From NCBI GenBank assembly GCA_964388905.1, contig CAYMDG010000006.1:1-37559 (forward strand): a DNA stretch of 37,559 nucleotides, given 5' to 3'. Positions 36,350-37,559 of this stretch are shown here, piece after piece (the first letter of the stretch is position 1; every line of letters starts with the position of its first letter). Both the position numbers and the translations under genes were made by a program. The notes beneath the pieces are model-generated. The model saw only the letters and a list, made by a program, of their open reading frames with translations, ran no database searches and was not told the origin of the DNA. The DNA comes from an uncultured Bacteriovoracaceae bacterium. Lineage in GTDB: Bacteria; Desulfobacterota; Desulfomonilia; UBA1062.

Positions 36350-37293
36350 AAGATCTGAAAGAACATATTGAAATAACCGAGACAAGTGTCGAGTGTCCAG
36401 TACTTGGGTGCGCCCACAAGGTGGCTCGCCAGAGAAACCGATTTGCCAGTTATGACCGGTTCAAATGTCCCACCCATGGCATTTATATATCTTCCTCAAC
36501 ATTTGAATATGGAAGCGATCTGGACAACATCCTTTGGAAAGATCAGGAAGATCTTGTACTGCTGGGAAACATCTCTACTGTCAAACGTGAGTCACGCATG
36601 GCGCGCGATAACAGCGAGGATGCTGTGACCTGGAATGGCTTCAGATATCTTGAAAAATCTGGACAGCTTCAGTGCTTTCTCAGGACATTATCTAACAACA
36701 ATAGCACAAGTGCTGAAATCATATACTGGTCCTACAGCCAGAAAAAAAAGGATTCTTGGCCCATGCTGAATCAGGCGAGAAAAGAGTTCGGGGAAGCAAT
36801 CAGTAGGGGCTCGGAACCTGATGTGATCATTAATACGGATGAGGCCCTTTTTTTCTTTGAAGCAAAGATCACTGCCAAGAATGAGACAAGGCCGAGTGGA
36901 GAGGGAAGATTAAAGAAATATCTCACCGGTGGGAACAACTGGTTCAAGCAGGTTTTCCTATCAGACTTTCACACAATAGCCATAAAGAATGCAAGGTACG
37001 AACTCCTCCGATTTTGGCTACTAGGCACTTGGATGGCCAGGGAAAAGAAGTCATTCTACCTTATCAGTCTTGTGCGTGATGCGAATGACAAAGAGATCGT
37101 CGATGACTTCGCACGTTTCATCTTCAGAAATGACCAACATCACTTCATTCGTGTTACTTGGGAAGAGCTCTACAATTTTGTGAAGTCCTATGCGCCATCT
37201 GGTAATGGTAGAGACATCATTATGCGTTATTTTGAGAATAAGTGTATCGGATATAACAAACGAGGAGATCTCAGGAAAGCTTTTGCAGTGTAA
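36337..37293 (+). CDS. PD-(D/E)xK restriction-endonuclease-like protein with N-terminal Zn-finger-like motif
   Basis: CPVLGC...CPTH, SEDAVTWN.F, SEPDVII......FEAKI, YEL.R and TWEE. Confidence 0.65.
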   Translation: MYGLKDLKEHIEITETSVECPVLGCAHKVARQRNRFASYDRFKCPTHGIYISSSTFEYGSDLDNILWKDQEDLVLLGNISTVKRESRMARDNSEDAVTWNGFRYLEKSGQLQCFLRTLSNNNSTSAEIIYWSYSQKKKDSWPMLNQARKEFGEAISRGSEPDVIINTDEALFFFEAKITAKNETRPSGEGRLKKYLTGGNNWFKQVFLSDFHTIAIKNARYELLRFWLLGTWMAREKKSFYLISLVRDANDKEIVDDFARFIFRNDQHHFIRVTWEELYNFVKSYAPSGNGRDIIMRYFENKCIGYNKRGDLRKAFAV

Positions 37294-37425
37294 TGTGCAA
37301 GATGTCCGTTAACAATCCCTTATCTGAAATAATATGATTTAATAATTTGGTGCCTCCCTCATTGATTAGGACCATCTATTAAACAACGATTATTGATCGC
37401 TTATAGATGTTATTTAAATAAAAAA

Positions 37426-37444
37426 TGTGGGGCTATTGTGGGGC
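37426..37444 (+). promoter_or_regulatory. Integrase arm-type binding repeats, right
   Basis: tgtggggctattgtggggc is identical to 475-493. Confidence 0.75.
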
Positions 37445-37502
37445 AAAACAATATAATATGAAAAAGGCCGGGTTGATGGTTTTTTATAGAATGGCTTTAC
37501 GA

Positions 37503-37552
37503 CAAGTGCCCCCGGCAGGAATCGGACCTGCGACACCAGGATTAGGAATCCT
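37503..37552 (-). repeat. att site, right copy, within the tRNA
   Basis: Identical to 296-345. Confidence 0.97.
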
Positions 37553-37559
37553 GTGCTCT
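37507..37559 (-). tRNA. tRNA-Arg(CCT), 5' part cut off by the window end
   Basis: Reverse complement AGAGC-A-CAGGA-TTCCTAA-TCCTG-GTGTC-GCAGG-TCCGATT-CCTGC-CGGGGGC-A gives D-stem end, anticodon CCT, T-arm and acceptor strand. CCA is not encoded. Confidence 0.88.

Larger units (their letters stand above)
296..37552. mobile_element. tRNA-Arg(CCT)-integrated genomic island (~37.2 kb) with satellite-like core and defence cargo
   Basis: Identical 50-bp direct repeats at both ends matching the tRNA 3' half, a tyrosine integrase next to the left repeat, a shared arm-type motif inside both ends, and AT-rich mosaic cargo. Confidence 0.95.

Noticed and set aside
548-36628. Numerous short antisense or nested ORFs in the track (e.g. 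7299-7727, 12114-12524, 23325-23768, 30979-31365)
   Set aside because: They are largely or fully shadowed by longer motif-bearing genes and have no independent evidence.

Overview
Almost the whole window is one integrated element of about 37.2 kb. It is bounded by a perfect 50-bp direct repeat (296-345 and 37503-37552) matching the 3' half of a minus-strand tRNA-Arg(CCT), with matching integrase arm-type repeats inside both ends. Only the 3' end of a MutY-like host gene (1-221) and the tRNA lie outside it. The left ~5 kb is a phage-satellite-like core: tyrosine integrase, putative FseA-like activator, excisionase, phage-type replication initiator, DUF559 nuclease and two inverted lambda-cos-like sites. 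I recognised no capsid, terminase or conjugation genes. The remaining ~31 kb is mostly defence-type cargo: FRG protein, serine resolvase, Mrr, HNH, Hhe-like helicase-nuclease, an Azaca-like DUF6361/PLD/SNF2 triad and a PD-(D/E)xK nuclease. Two operons match no system I know and are the best novelty candidates: (i) SIR2-domain protein + radical SAM/SPASM enzyme + 2H-phosphoesterase-like protein (5779-9692, minus), and (ii) a membrane module of coiled-coil TM protein + VWA-like protein + ZorA/MotA-like + ZorB/MotB-like protein lacking OmpA (16527-21486, minus). Scars of earlier mobile elements (tRNA fragments, attC-like site, PEP-CTERM remnant) are also visible. All family assignments come from motif recognition by eye, not database searches.
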